A DNA stretch of 63,519 bases, from the IMG/VR virus record IMGVR_UViG_3300022602_003808, positions 1 through 63,519 of that record. One strand, 5' to 3'. Below the pieces are notes generated by a model. That model saw only the letters and a list, made by a program, of their open reading frames with translations. It was not told the origin of the DNA and searched no databases. Within the stretch, counting starts at the first letter, position 1; each line of letters opens with the position of its first letter. Below, piece by piece: positions 47,452-57,765 of the stretch. A program made the translations under genes and the position numbers. The stretch is from a virus (lineage: Duplodnaviria; Caudoviricetes).

Positions 47452-49059
47452 ATGAAGATAGAACAACCAATATTAAGTTATTTTCCTGAAAACTGCCAAC
47501 CTAGAGAGCATCAAATTTCTGGGTTACAGCAGATAGAAGAAGCTATAAATAGCGGTTTTAAGTACATTATTGTACAAGCACCTACTGGTTCGGGTAAGTC
47601 TTTTTTTAGTAAAACACTAGCTAATACTACAAGCGGTCCTGATCCGGAATATGTAAAATTAGTAGAAACGTATCAAGCATACGATAAGGATTTTGAGGGT
47701 AGTTTTTCGAGATTTGCACCGCACGGGCTGTTTGCTTTAACCACTACTAAAGCTCTACAGGATCAATACAGTAATCTGTTCAAGGATAGTGTTATTTTTA
47801 AGGGAAAAACCAACTATCAATGTGAAGTTGATGATAGCTTTACAGTTGACCACGCACCCTGTGTAATTTCACCTAACCTCAAGAAAAAATGCTGGGGAGA
47901 CTGTATTTGTCCGTATTACGAAACTCGTAATTCTGCATTAACTGAAAAGTTTACGGTATTAAACTATGCTTCTTTTTTTAATTTACCCGATCATTTAAAA
48001 AAACGTCAAATTATTGTGTGTGACGAAGCATCTGAAGTAGAAGATGAAATAGTAAAGAACTTTTCTGCATACATTAACTATAGACAATTCGATTATCTAG
48101 GCGTAACTATAGATAAACTCACATCTGAAGTACCTAAGAAAGTGTTAGGGTGGTTATCTGATGTTTGTAGTGCACTTGAAAGCGCAATCGATGAATTTTC
48201 AGATAGACCTCGTTATGAAAAACACAAAGCCGAACTTATAAAACAACAACAGCGTAAGGATCTTTATGAAGCTGTAGTGCACACCATTAATCACTGGGAA
48301 GACGCACAATACGTAGTAGAAAAAGATGCAGAAAAAGTGCTAGTTACACCGTTAAAAATTGACAAACTTACTCAATGTTTATTTGACTTTGCAGACGTAG
48401 TAGTGTTAATGAGTGCTACCATTGTAGACCGTGACATTTTTGCAAGAAATTTAGGTATAACTAATTACAAGTATATAGAGCTTCAGTCAACTTTTGACCC
48501 AAAAAAGAGCCCTATTTACCTTGGTTCTAAGTACCCGTTAAGTTTTAAAACAAAAAAGGAAAACTTACCTAAAATTATTGCTGAAGCTGCAAAAATTGCA
48601 GAACATCATAAAGATGAGAAAGGTATTATACATACCCATTCCTTTGAGTTTACCCAAGAAGTACAAAACAAAATACACGGTAAGAGGTTTTTGTATAGAG
48701 AAGAGGGTACTACTAACGAAACCATCGTAAAAGAGCATATTTTACGTACAGACCCTACAGTTTTAGTAAGTCCTTCATTAACTATGGGGTTAGATCTTAA
48801 GGGAGATCTCGGAAAATGGCAAATTATCATAAAATTACCATATCCGTCTAAAGCAAATAAGCGTATAGATCTACTTCTTGAGAAAGATCCGGATTGGTAC
48901 CGTATGAAAATGCTTATAACTTTAATCCAGGCTGCAGGTAGATGCACAAGAACTAAAGATGATGAAAGTGTAACCTATATTTTAGATGGATTAGCTAAAA
49001 AAGTTATAACAGAGAACAGAAACATACTACCAAAACACTTTTTAGATAGACTTATGTAA
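47452..49059 (+). CDS. DinG/XPD-family Fe-S helicase
   Basis: PREHQ, APTGSGKS, LQDQ, KGKTNYQC plus Cys cluster, DEA, MSAT and QAAGRCTR. Confidence 0.9.
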   Translation: MKIEQPILSYFPENCQPREHQISGLQQIEEAINSGFKYIIVQAPTGSGKSFFSKTLANTTSGPDPEYVKLVETYQAYDKDFEGSFSRFAPHGLFALTTTKALQDQYSNLFKDSVIFKGKTNYQCEVDDSFTVDHAPCVISPNLKKKCWGDCICPYYETRNSALTEKFTVLNYASFFNLPDHLKKRQIIVCDEASEVEDEIVKNFSAYINYRQFDYLGVTIDKLTSEVPKKVLGWLSDVCSALESAIDEFSDRPRYEKHKAELIKQQQRKDLYEAVVHTINHWEDAQYVVEKDAEKVLVTPLKIDKLTQCLFDFADVVVLMSATIVDRDIFARNLGITNYKYIELQSTFDPKKSPIYLGSKYPLSFKTKKENLPKIIAEAAKIAEHHKDEKGIIHTHSFEFTQEVQNKIHGKRFLYREEGTTNETIVKEHILRTDPTVLVSPSLTMGLDLKGDLGKWQIIIKLPYPSKANKRIDLLLEKDPDWYRMKMLITLIQAAGRCTRTKDDESVTYILDGLAKKVITENRNILPKHFLDRLM

Positions 49060-49067
49060 GTATATCT

Positions 49068-50144
49068 ATGCAAATATATAACTATCACTGGGAAATTAAG
49101 GATTTGCTTGCGCAATTCCTGCAAGCCTTTGATGGTGCTGTAGTAAAACGTTTTGATAATAAGCGCAATCCAGGACAAGCTGTTGCTGTTCGTTATGTTT
49201 ACTCTGCAAAAGAAAGAGTACTAAACGATTTAGTTAATAAAGCACAGAATATAACGATTCCCGCGGTAGCTTTTAGTATAAACTCAATATCTCGTGATAA
49301 TAATAGAGTGTTTAATAAACTAGCTGGTACTTATTATAACCTTAATTCTACCGATTCTGCTAGTGTACATACTTTACAACCCGTTCCAGTTAATATTGGT
49401 GTAAGCATTAGTATTTTGACACGGTTTCAAACCGATATGGATCAAATTTTAAGCAACTTTGTTCCTTGGAGCGACCCGTATTTTATTATTTCTTGGGAAA
49501 ATGAATCCTTACCAGGTCAAGAAATAAGAACAGAAGTATTGTGGGACGGTAGCTTAAAAATGGGCTACCCGGTTGATGTTAATAACAATCAACCCACTCA
49601 GGTTACTTGCGACACCAACTTTACTATAAAGGGATGGTTATTCAAATCAACACAAAGCCCTGTTGGTAGAATATATAAAATTGATAGTAATTTTTATGCA
49701 GTTTCTGCTGTACCTACAGATGAAAGTCAGTATGGTTCAATTTTTAATGTATTAAATGAATTAAACGGTACACCTTATAACGAAACAGAAACAGTTTCTG
49801 CAAGACCACAACCGAAATACGTATCAGAATACACGGTTGCAGTAGGGGCTTCCGGTACAGTCGATGTTTATGGTGATATGTTAGGCTACACCAATGCGGT
49901 TTATATTAGTGGTAGCCCTGGTATGTTTACCAATACTATCACAGTTTCAACTTTCTCTAATTCAACAACTTTATCCGCTCTGTATCCGTCATTAAGCGGG
50001 CTTGTAGTTGCACCAAATTACATATTAGATTCGGAAAACAAAATTACTGTTACATATCCTATACCTAGACTTGCTGGTTTAATGGATATTATAATATATA
50101 ATGAAGCAGGCTATGCTACAACAATGGCTTATAACAAATTATAA
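49068..50144 (+). CDS. Tail terminator gp15 with C-terminal extension
   Basis: YHWEIKDLLAQF...F, PVPVNI, DMDQIL and FTIKGWLF; TAAGTA upstream. Confidence 0.85.
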   Translation: MQIYNYHWEIKDLLAQFLQAFDGAVVKRFDNKRNPGQAVAVRYVYSAKERVLNDLVNKAQNITIPAVAFSINSISRDNNRVFNKLAGTYYNLNSTDSASVHTLQPVPVNIGVSISILTRFQTDMDQILSNFVPWSDPYFIISWENESLPGQEIRTEVLWDGSLKMGYPVDVNNNQPTQVTCDTNFTIKGWLFKSTQSPVGRIYKIDSNFYAVSAVPTDESQYGSIFNVLNELNGTPYNETETVSARPQPKYVSEYTVAVGASGTVDVYGDMLGYTNAVYISGSPGMFTNTITVSTFSNSTTLSALYPSLSGLVVAPNYILDSENKITVTYPIPRLAGLMDIIIYNEAGYATTMAYNKL

Positions 50145-50147
50145 TAT

Positions 50148-50306
50148 ATGAAAATATACCCGATTAATCACCCTGAGCAATTTCCATATTATGTAGGTAT
50201 TAATGCAATTGGTGTATATACACCTGGTTTATCCGGTCACTACACCTGGGATAGTATGACAATTACCTGGTCTCAGGCTACACTTACTTGGGATCAGTAT
50301 AACTAA
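50148..50306 (+). CDS. 52-aa protein with TW repeats (not in the ORF track)
   Basis: MKIYPINHPEQFPYYVGINAIGVYTPGLSGHYTWDSMTITWSQATLTWDQYN*. Confidence 0.6.
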   Translation: MKIYPINHPEQFPYYVGINAIGVYTPGLSGHYTWDSMTITWSQATLTWDQYN

Positions 50307-50318
50307 ATATTATAAAGT

Positions 50319-52304
50319 ATGGCCAATATTACCACAATTCTCAATACAGATATAGTTGCAAACAGTCGCACCACTATTAATAACAATTTTGCTGCGTTAA
50401 ATTCAGCTATAATTGCTTTATCTGGAGGCGGTGTTGGTGCTCAAGGCCCGCAAGGTGCAACCGGAGCAACAGGATCTGCAGGTGCAAATGGCGCTCAAGG
50501 TACTACCGGTACTTCTGGTTACAGTGGTTATAGTGGTGGTTCAGGGTATTCCGGTATATCAGGAGTTAATGGTTCATCTGTAACGATTATAGGTTCAGTA
50601 ACTCATTCTTATCAATTATCAAGTTTTGATCCTGTACCTAAAGTTGGAGATGGTATTATTACTACAGATACCGGTCACTTATGGGTTTATGATGGCAAGT
50701 ACTCCGGCGGCGAGGTTTACGGTTTTGCAGATGTAGGTAATATTACCGGTCCTGCAGGCGCACAAGGCGTACAAGGACCGCAAGGACCGGCTGGTTCTGG
50801 TGGCGGCGGAAGCGGTTATCAAGGTGCACAAGGTGTACAAGGACCGCAAGGCACGCAAGGTTATTCAGGTGTAGGACCGCAAGGCCCACAAGGTTTTTCA
50901 GGGTTTACTGGTACAGCTGGTGCACAAGGTAGTCAAGGTTATTCTGGTTACTCCGGAGCACAGGGCACTTCTGGTGCGGGGTATCAGGGCGCTCAAGGCG
51001 CTCCCGGTTCACAAGGTAATATAGGTTTCACCGGCCCCCAAGGAGCAACCGGTGCGGGATTCCAAGGCGCGCAGGGTGTTCAGGGGCCATCTGCACAATC
51101 TGGTTATTCCGGTTTTAATGGCACTATTGGTTCTAATGGAGCTTCTGGTTATTCCGGTTACTCTGGTGTGGGTACTCAAGGTGCGCAAGGATCAGCAGGT
51201 GCTTTTTCGGCTTCTGGTTACTCAGGTTTTAATGGAGCACAAGGCACACAAGGACCAACTGGTGCGCAGGGTTCCGGCCCACAAGGAGCGCAAGGTTCGC
51301 AAGGTGTTGCTTCATCCGGTTATTCAGGTTTTAGCGGTGTACAAGGTTCAGCCGGTACACAAGGTTTTCAAGGTACAGGCACTTCTGGTTATTCAGGGTA
51401 TAGCAGCACTTCTGGTTACTCTGGTTTTTCTGGCGTACAAGGTTCAACCGGTGTACAAGGCTCAACAGGTCCACAAGGATTTCAAGGTGTACAAGGTATA
51501 GCAGGATCTTATGCTGCTTCTGGTGTTTCTGGTTTTTCAGGTGTAAACGGTTTATCTGGTTATTCTGGCTATCAAGGAACTGCCGGTACTAACGGCACTG
51601 CTGGGGCGTCTGGTTACTCAGGCTATCAAGGACCACAAGGTTTAGGACCTCAAGGTTTTCAAGGAATACAAGGCCCTACAGGTAATCAAGGTGTTCAAGG
51701 TACTTCTGGTTATAGTGGTTTAGGTCTTTCTGGTTATTCTGGTTTAACTAGTTATTCTGGTTACTCAGGCGTGCCTGGAGCGATTGGTTATCAAGGAACA
51801 ACCGGTGCACAAGGCTCAACCGGTACATCAGGCTATTCTGGTTATTCCGGAGCACAGGGTACAAACGGAATAGGGGTAGCTGGTGCACAGGGATTTCAAG
51901 GTACACAAGGTCCTGGAGCGGGTACCAGTGGTTATTCAGGTTTTAGTGCTACTTCTACCTCGGGTTATAGCGGGGCTGCAGGTACACCAGGTACTTTAGT
52001 TAACAATACACAAAATTCTCCTTATGTGTTGCAAACAACCGATGTGGGTAAAGTTGTTAATGTAAGTTCTATAGCAGCAGGCGGCATTACAGTAAATATT
52101 AGTATTTTTACTGCCGGTCAAGCAGTAGCAATATTTAATAATACTACTTCCAACTTACAAATTACTCAAGGTTCTGGTGTTACAATGTATCTAGGTGGTA
52201 CCAATACAACTGGTAACCGTACCTTATCGCAGTATGGTCTAGCTTCAGTACTTTGTGTATCTAGTACGACTGAATTTGTAATAGTAGGTCAAGGATTGAC
52301 ATAA
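50319..52304 (+). CDS. Collagen-like fibre protein
   Basis: Long G-X-Q and SGYSG triplet repeats, with a C-terminal YVLQTTD.GK fibre domain. Confidence 0.88.
   Translation: MANITTILNTDIVANSRTTINNNFAALNSAIIALSGGGVGAQGPQGATGATGSAGANGAQGTTGTSGYSGYSGGSGYSGISGVNGSSVTIIGSVTHSYQLSSFDPVPKVGDGIITTDTGHLWVYDGKYSGGEVYGFADVGNITGPAGAQGVQGPQGPAGSGGGGSGYQGAQGVQGPQGTQGYSGVGPQGPQGFSGFTGTAGAQGSQGYSGYSGAQGTSGAGYQGAQGAPGSQGNIGFTGPQGATGAGFQGAQGVQGPSAQSGYSGFNGTIGSNGASGYSGYSGVGTQGAQGSAGAFSASGYSGFNGAQGTQGPTGAQGSGPQGAQGSQGVASSGYSGFSGVQGSAGTQGFQGTGTSGYSGYSSTSGYSGFSGVQGSTGVQGSTGPQGFQGVQGIAGSYAASGVSGFSGVNGLSGYSGYQGTAGTNGTAGASGYSGYQGPQGLGPQGFQGIQGPTGNQGVQGTSGYSGLGLSGYSGLTSYSGYSGVPGAIGYQGTTGAQGSTGTSGYSGYSGAQGTNGIGVAGAQGFQGTQGPGAGTSGYSGFSATSTSGYSGAAGTPGTLVNNTQNSPYVLQTTDVGKVVNVSSIAAGGITVNISIFTAGQAVAIFNNTTSNLQITQGSGVTMYLGGTNTTGNRTLSQYGLASVLCVSSTTEFVIVGQGLT
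50430..51995 (+). repeat. Coding Gly-X-Y repeats (GxQGxQ interleaved with SGYSG)
   Basis: Many caagg and tctggtta units in frame. Confidence 0.85.
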
Positions 52305-52310
52305 TATAAA

Positions 52311-53015
52311 ATGAGTATAATGTATACCTTTTTCACTAACGGTGGCAGGACAAGCCTGGCCGGTAGCTTGAGTTTTGCAGGTGGTAGTACATCTGAAGCT
52401 GGATCTTATTTAAGCTTAAGTCCGGGCATAACTATTGGCTCTGGTGCATATACTATTGAAGGATGGTTTAGATTGCCTAACTTTACAAACGCGTACGGTT
52501 TAATGGGTGCTAATACCGGTTCTTATGCTATGAGTTTATTTGTTGTAAATTCAACTACAATTAGTTCAGATAGTTATGGTGGACACGGTGCATTTAGTTA
52601 TACAGTACCAACTATGAGTACTAATACCTGGTACTATTTTGCACTAACAAGAAACAGTAGTAATACAGAAACGTTATTTCTTGGTACAGTACCAGGGGGT
52701 GCAGCCACTAGATCAACTACCGGCACGCAAACCAATAATATTAATTACAATGCTGGTACTACACCTACAAATGATATTGGTACATATTATGGACAAGAAT
52801 GGCCAGGTAATATAACTAATTTTAGAGTTGTTGCAGGATCTAATGTCTATGACCCGACCCAAACTTCTATAGCTATACCCAATGGTCCGTTAGCAGCTAT
52901 TACTAATACGAAATATTTAATGTTGGGGGGTGCTATAACAACTGATAGTAGCGGGGTACAAACAGTTACTTCACACGGTACTATTACTCAATCCTCATCT
53001 ACAAAGCCGTTTTAA
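52311..53015 (+). CDS. LamG/concanavalin A-like lectin virion protein
   Basis: YTIEGWF, NTWYYFALTR and GNITNFRVV. Confidence 0.85.
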   Translation: MSIMYTFFTNGGRTSLAGSLSFAGGSTSEAGSYLSLSPGITIGSGAYTIEGWFRLPNFTNAYGLMGANTGSYAMSLFVVNSTTISSDSYGGHGAFSYTVPTMSTNTWYYFALTRNSSNTETLFLGTVPGGAATRSTTGTQTNNINYNAGTTPTNDIGTYYGQEWPGNITNFRVVAGSNVYDPTQTSIAIPNGPLAAITNTKYLMLGGAITTDSSGVQTVTSHGTITQSSSTKPF

Positions 53016-53077
53016 TTAAAAAGTAGCATTTTAACAAATCCAGTATATAATAACAACATACAGTGTAAATATTAACA

Positions 53078-54928
53078 ATGGCACAGCAACCACAAAACTT
53101 TTTCCAGAAATCTTTTAATAATTTTGTTAATAAGATGCCATACAACGGTAATTCAACCGTTATTGATAATATATCTGAACTTAATCCTAAGTTTGAAACA
53201 TTTTGGAAAATTGGTACTACTCAACAAGAAAGAAACTTAAGACAAGCGGTATCAGTTGTACAAGATCCTAAAGATCCTGCAAGTAATTTAAACGGTGTTA
53301 TTGTAGATAAAGGTTATCACGATTATCTTTATGCTTTAATTGATACAGATAAAGCAAAAAGAGTAGCAGATTACCGTATTATGGCTTCTTATGCGGAAAT
53401 TAGTCACGCATTAGACGAAATTTGCGATGAATTTTTAGTAAAAGATGATAGAGGTCATTATGCGACTCTCTATACAAATGAAAAAATGGACAACGTGCAA
53501 AAGAAGGAATTACAAAAAGAATTCCAACACGTTATTGAGCTATTTAACCTTGACAATAGAGGTTGGGAATATTTTAGAACACTTTTAATTGATGCTGAAG
53601 TTTTCTTTGAAAATGTAATTAACGAAGATAACAAAGAAGCTGGTATTATTAGTTTAGTACAGATACCCACAGAACATATTAATCCTATTTTCGATAATGT
53701 TCAGAATATGATCATTAAAGGGTATATTTTACGTAAACCTGTACCTAAAGATGAAAATACAGGTGGGTTTAATGTAAACAATAAAGGCCCTTCTGGTGGT
53801 CCAAAGAAAGACGGTATGGAATTAATTCCATTAGAGCGTCACCAGGTTACGTATTTCCATTCACATACCTGGAATGAAAGTAAAACAATTCGTTTACCCT
53901 ATCTTGAAGTGGCTCGTCGTGCTTACAAGCAACTAAGCTTAATTGAAGATAGTATTGTTGTTTATCGTTTAGTGCGTGCACCAGAGCGTTTAGCATTTTA
54001 TGTTGACGTTGGTAATATGCCTGCAGCAAAAGCAGAAGCATACTTAAAACGTTTAATGCAGAACTATTGGTCAAAGCGTACCTATGATAGTAGTCAAGGC
54101 GGCAACGTAAACGTTTACGACCCACAATCAATGTTAGATAGTTATTGGTTTGCTCGTCGTAACGGTCAAGATGGTACCAAAGTAGAAACATTAAAAGGTG
54201 GTGATAATTTAGGTAAATTAGAAGATTTAAACTATTTCGTAACAAAACTTTACAAAGCCTTACGCGTTCCTTCAAGTAGGTTAATGCCTGATACAAAGTT
54301 TGCTGACGGTGCTGAAATTTTTAGAGAAGAACTTAAGTTTGCTAAACTTATTATTAGAATGCAAAGACACTTTGCATCTACTATTAAGGAAACATTTGTT
54401 ACTCATTTAAAACTTAAAGGTTTATGGAAAGACTATAAACTAAGAGATAATGATATAGCAATAATGTTCAATCCTCCATCTCAGTTCTCTGCGATGAGAG
54501 ATCAACAGTTAACAGAGCTTAAATTTAAGAATTTCGGTGCAGCAACTCAAGCACAAAACACAATCTCTATATCATACGCTTTAAAGAAGTATATGAATTG
54601 GAATGATGATGAAATTCTCGCTAATAGAGAGTGGTTAAAGAAAGATGCTGCATTTAATTGGGAAGTAACACAAATCACCAATCTCGGTAAAAACTGGAAA
54701 GAAGCTCTTACACAAGGCGGTGGTGGCGGTGAAGCTGGTGCTGCACCTATGGGTGGCGGTGGTGGTATTGGACCTGGTGCAGGTTCTGCTCCATCGTTTG
54801 GTCCAGGACCTACAGGTGGTCCTGAAGCGGGCGGTCCAGAAGCTGCAGGTGGTGGAGCTGAAGCTGGTGGTGCACCAGCAGCTGGTCCTACTCCAGTAGG
54901 TGGCGGTAGCGCTTTACCAAAAGCTTAA
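53078..54928 (+). CDS. Portal protein gp20
   Basis: YRIMA, IEDSIVVYRLVRAPERLAFYVDVGNMP and LYKALRVP.SR. Confidence 0.97.
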   Translation: MAQQPQNFFQKSFNNFVNKMPYNGNSTVIDNISELNPKFETFWKIGTTQQERNLRQAVSVVQDPKDPASNLNGVIVDKGYHDYLYALIDTDKAKRVADYRIMASYAEISHALDEICDEFLVKDDRGHYATLYTNEKMDNVQKKELQKEFQHVIELFNLDNRGWEYFRTLLIDAEVFFENVINEDNKEAGIISLVQIPTEHINPIFDNVQNMIIKGYILRKPVPKDENTGGFNVNNKGPSGGPKKDGMELIPLERHQVTYFHSHTWNESKTIRLPYLEVARRAYKQLSLIEDSIVVYRLVRAPERLAFYVDVGNMPAAKAEAYLKRLMQNYWSKRTYDSSQGGNVNVYDPQSMLDSYWFARRNGQDGTKVETLKGGDNLGKLEDLNYFVTKLYKALRVPSSRLMPDTKFADGAEIFREELKFAKLIIRMQRHFASTIKETFVTHLKLKGLWKDYKLRDNDIAIMFNPPSQFSAMRDQQLTELKFKNFGAATQAQNTISISYALKKYMNWNDDEILANREWLKKDAAFNWEVTQITNLGKNWKEALTQGGGGGEAGAAPMGGGGGIGPGAGSAPSFGPGPTGGPEAGGPEAAGGGAEAGGAPAAGPTPVGGGSALPKA

Positions 54929-56119
54929 TTAACCGAGGAAAAATAAAGGAGGCTGTTGTGCTTCTGACAACCCGCCTTTTAGCTCATCTTCAAGAGCTTT
55001 CTTTTCTTCTTTACCTTGAGACATTAGCTCTTGGTACTGTAATGTACCTTGACCGAATAGCTGAGTGCCTTGATACTTACCACGTGTATTTGCAACGGAA
55101 ATCTTAATTAAAGCTTTTGCATATTCCATTACCCAACGCTCTTTAACTAAATCTTTAATTGGACGTTCAAGATACACTCCAATGCAAGCATAGTAACGAG
55201 AAGTACCATTTAGACCAGGTTCAGGTGTAATACGTAATACCTGTGTACGAGGGTCAAACCTGCAATATTGTTTCATTGCAAATAACTTTTCACGAGTCTT
55301 TAGCCAATCTTTTAATACCTGCCAGGTAATTAAGTCAAATGCTTTACTACCTAAAGAATATGCGAAATGCATTTGTTGTGCTAATGATTGTTCAATAGTA
55401 AACAATGTATTAACACCTTCGTTTGAACCTTCTTGAAAATTGTATATGTCTATAACTTTACGATAATCATTTAAGTCATAATCCCAACCAGTTTGAAATG
55501 TGTTGTCTAAGGCCGATAGCTCAGGGTTTACTATACTTTGAATAAGTGTATCTAATCTTATACCTTTACCTCTTGTGTAAAGATCGCTATCAAATACAAT
55601 TAATTCTTCTGTACCAGGAGTAAAACGTGTAAACTGCTCAATAGCATATGCTATCATATCATATGCAGCTGTACAGGCTACTTCAAGATTAATTAAAGGT
55701 GCACCTAGCTGAAAGAAAATACGTTCAGCCAACATATCGTAGCTTTTAATACGGTTGTTTAAATTGGTAGATAAAAATGCTGCAGGTCCAACAGTGGGGG
55801 CAGAATTAAACGTTGTTGCATATGGTCTGGAAGAAAATGTATAATTGCTAGCTGGTAATGCATTAGATTGATCAATAGTTACAGTAACTGCATATGTGCC
55901 TTGTCCGGAAATAGATAGCACTTCACTATTAACAACCCCGTTACCATTTACATACCAACCAACCTGTACGTCGTTCAAGCTTGGAGATAATCCAGCTGCA
56001 GGATCCCAGGTACCGGTAGCGGATAATGAAAAACCACTAAGACTGAAAAAAATTAATGTACCACCACTTACACTATTGACATTAGTGTATGCACTAGTTG
56101 GGTTGTAATTATAAGACAT
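54929..56119 (-). CDS. Neck protein gp13 with N-terminal extension
   Basis: QLGAPLINLEV, WVMEYAKALIK, GKYQG and PPLFFLG. Confidence 0.9.
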   Translation of the reverse strand: MSYNYNPTSAYTNVNSVSGGTLIFFSLSGFSLSATGTWDPAAGLSPSLNDVQVGWYVNGNGVVNSEVLSISGQGTYAVTVTIDQSNALPASNYTFSSRPYATTFNSAPTVGPAAFLSTNLNNRIKSYDMLAERIFFQLGAPLINLEVACTAAYDMIAYAIEQFTRFTPGTEELIVFDSDLYTRGKGIRLDTLIQSIVNPELSALDNTFQTGWDYDLNDYRKVIDIYNFQEGSNEGVNTLFTIEQSLAQQMHFAYSLGSKAFDLITWQVLKDWLKTREKLFAMKQYCRFDPRTQVLRITPEPGLNGTSRYYACIGVYLERPIKDLVKERWVMEYAKALIKISVANTRGKYQGTQLFGQGTLQYQELMSQGKEEKKALEDELKGGLSEAQQPPLFFLG

Positions 56120-56127
56120 ACCTATAC

Positions 56128-56631
56128 TTAGGAGGTCTTAAGCTTAGTGAGTACTATTTTTAACAGTTCTTCTGCAGTTACAAATGCTTGTTCAATGTGT
56201 GGTCTATCCCACCAAAACCCGTATTGATCGGGTCTTAAGAATCTACGATCTTTAAGAATATTAGTGTTACGTTTATAACCATATATCTCCGGATCGGATT
56301 GCCCAAACAGCACAAATCCGTTGTTTATCTTGTAGTAAGAACAAAAATGGTTAATAAAATTATCTACTGAAAACCAGGCATCACAGGTTTTAACTTCATT
56401 TAACAACTCTTCAGGTGATAGGTTCTGTACTAGCTTAGTAATACCTTTCAATTCTGGTTCACCAGTTACACCTATCTGTACTATCTCTGCATCAGGGTAC
56501 TCTTTCTTAAAGAGTGTTATAAACTCTTCCCAGTATGGATAATTCTTAGGGTTTTTACCGCTTGGATTAACCGTATGCTTGATAGTTTCTTTAGGTAATT
56601 TCTGAGAGTACGGGCTAATTACAATTTTCAT
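56128..56631 (-). CDS. GT9 (heptosyltransferase-like) C-terminal domain protein
   Basis: KNYPYWEE, IVQIG, SVDNFINH and VLFGQSDPEIYGY. Start is MKIV at 56631. Confidence 0.75.
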   Translation of the reverse strand: MKIVISPYSQKLPKETIKHTVNPSGKNPKNYPYWEEFITLFKKEYPDAEIVQIGVTGEPELKGITKLVQNLSPEELLNEVKTCDAWFSVDNFINHFCSYYKINNGFVLFGQSDPEIYGYKRNTNILKDRRFLRPDQYGFWWDRPHIEQAFVTAEELLKIVLTKLKTS

Positions 56632-57689
56632 AGGTACACCTTTCTGTATGCTTCTGTAACGCTCTTTTTCCAATTATTTTCAAACATAAACTTATAAGCA
56701 TTGTGCGCGTCTTTATTGACAAAAGGTGCACCATCAGTTAATGAGCATAAAACAATACGAGGATCTTTCATATCCCAGAACGTATCAGGATAACAACAAG
56801 CAATAACTAGCTTACAGTCTTTATGTCTTTTGAGTAGCTCGGGTACTAAAGGTTTAAAGGCGTAATGATCGCCCCGACCACTGTCTAAAAAGTAAAACCT
56901 ATAATTGGCTGACTTAACTCCCCACCCAATAAGTTTGTTACGGAATATGTTTTCATCGCTGTGTGCCATATTATTATCTTTTTCACTGCGAATACCGCCA
57001 GTTTGAAAATGATAGTGCCAGGTTGTAAGTCCTAATAACGCAACTAATTTCCAACCAGCACGAAACATTTCATATGTAAAAATAGTTTCCTCTCTATGAC
57101 CTTTACGAGAAAGGTTTAATGGGTAGCCGTGCTTTGCAGCTTCTACTCTATACATAAATGTACTGCCCTGCAGGTGTTCTACTTCTTTTACTCTTATTGT
57201 ATCGTCTTTATAATGAGCCCATTGCTCGTTCATACCAAGAAATATATCTTCCATTTTATTGGAAGCTAGTACAGATGGCTCCATAGGGTTTTTCGGGTCA
57301 ACTATAGAAGGTCCAATTGCACCTATTTTCGGGTCAGCACTGATATGCTCGTACATTACTTCCAATGTATTAGGTAACAGAGTATTGTCATCATCAATAC
57401 GCCACAAATATGTAGTAGTGCAGTTTTTTCTTGCACGTTCGTGGTTAATTACTTGTCCGTTACGCGAACCAGGTTCCCAGAACCACTGGATACCTGAAAG
57501 AAGCATAGCTGTTAATATATTGTTAAGCACATCGTTAGTGCGTGGATCAACAAAATCATCATTATCATCATAGATTATAACTTTGCAAGGTTTTTTATTC
57601 TGATGTAATATAGATGAAAGAACGAGTGGTAATGTTGTATTATGTCGACCTCTAGTCGAAACAGTAGCTGTAACATCATTAAGAATCAT
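56628..57689 (-). CDS. GT2 glycosyltransferase fused to a GT9-like N-terminal domain
   Basis: IIYDD, RIDDD and HREET, followed by SGRGDH...LLKRH..KLVIA. Confidence 0.8.
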   Translation of the reverse strand: MILNDVTATVSTRGRHNTTLPLVLSSILHQNKKPCKVIIYDDNDDFVDPRTNDVLNNILTAMLLSGIQWFWEPGSRNGQVINHERARKNCTTTYLWRIDDDNTLLPNTLEVMYEHISADPKIGAIGPSIVDPKNPMEPSVLASNKMEDIFLGMNEQWAHYKDDTIRVKEVEHLQGSTFMYRVEAAKHGYPLNLSRKGHREETIFTYEMFRAGWKLVALLGLTTWHYHFQTGGIRSEKDNNMAHSDENIFRNKLIGWGVKSANYRFYFLDSGRGDHYAFKPLVPELLKRHKDCKLVIACCYPDTFWDMKDPRIVLCSLTDGAPFVNKDAHNAYKFMFENNWKKSVTEAYRKVYL

Positions 57690-57765
57690 TCATATATTTT
57701 ATACTAACTTATTAAAAATACCAGTAATTACATAGTTTTTTAGCGAGGATGCATAAGTATACGCG

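Noticed and set aside
47452-49059. Type IV CRISPR-associated DinG
   Set aside because: No cas genes or array are present.
50430-51995. Repetitive DNA resembling an array
   Set aside because: In-frame collagen-like coding repeats. There is no constant repeat with unique spacers and no CRISPR array in the window.
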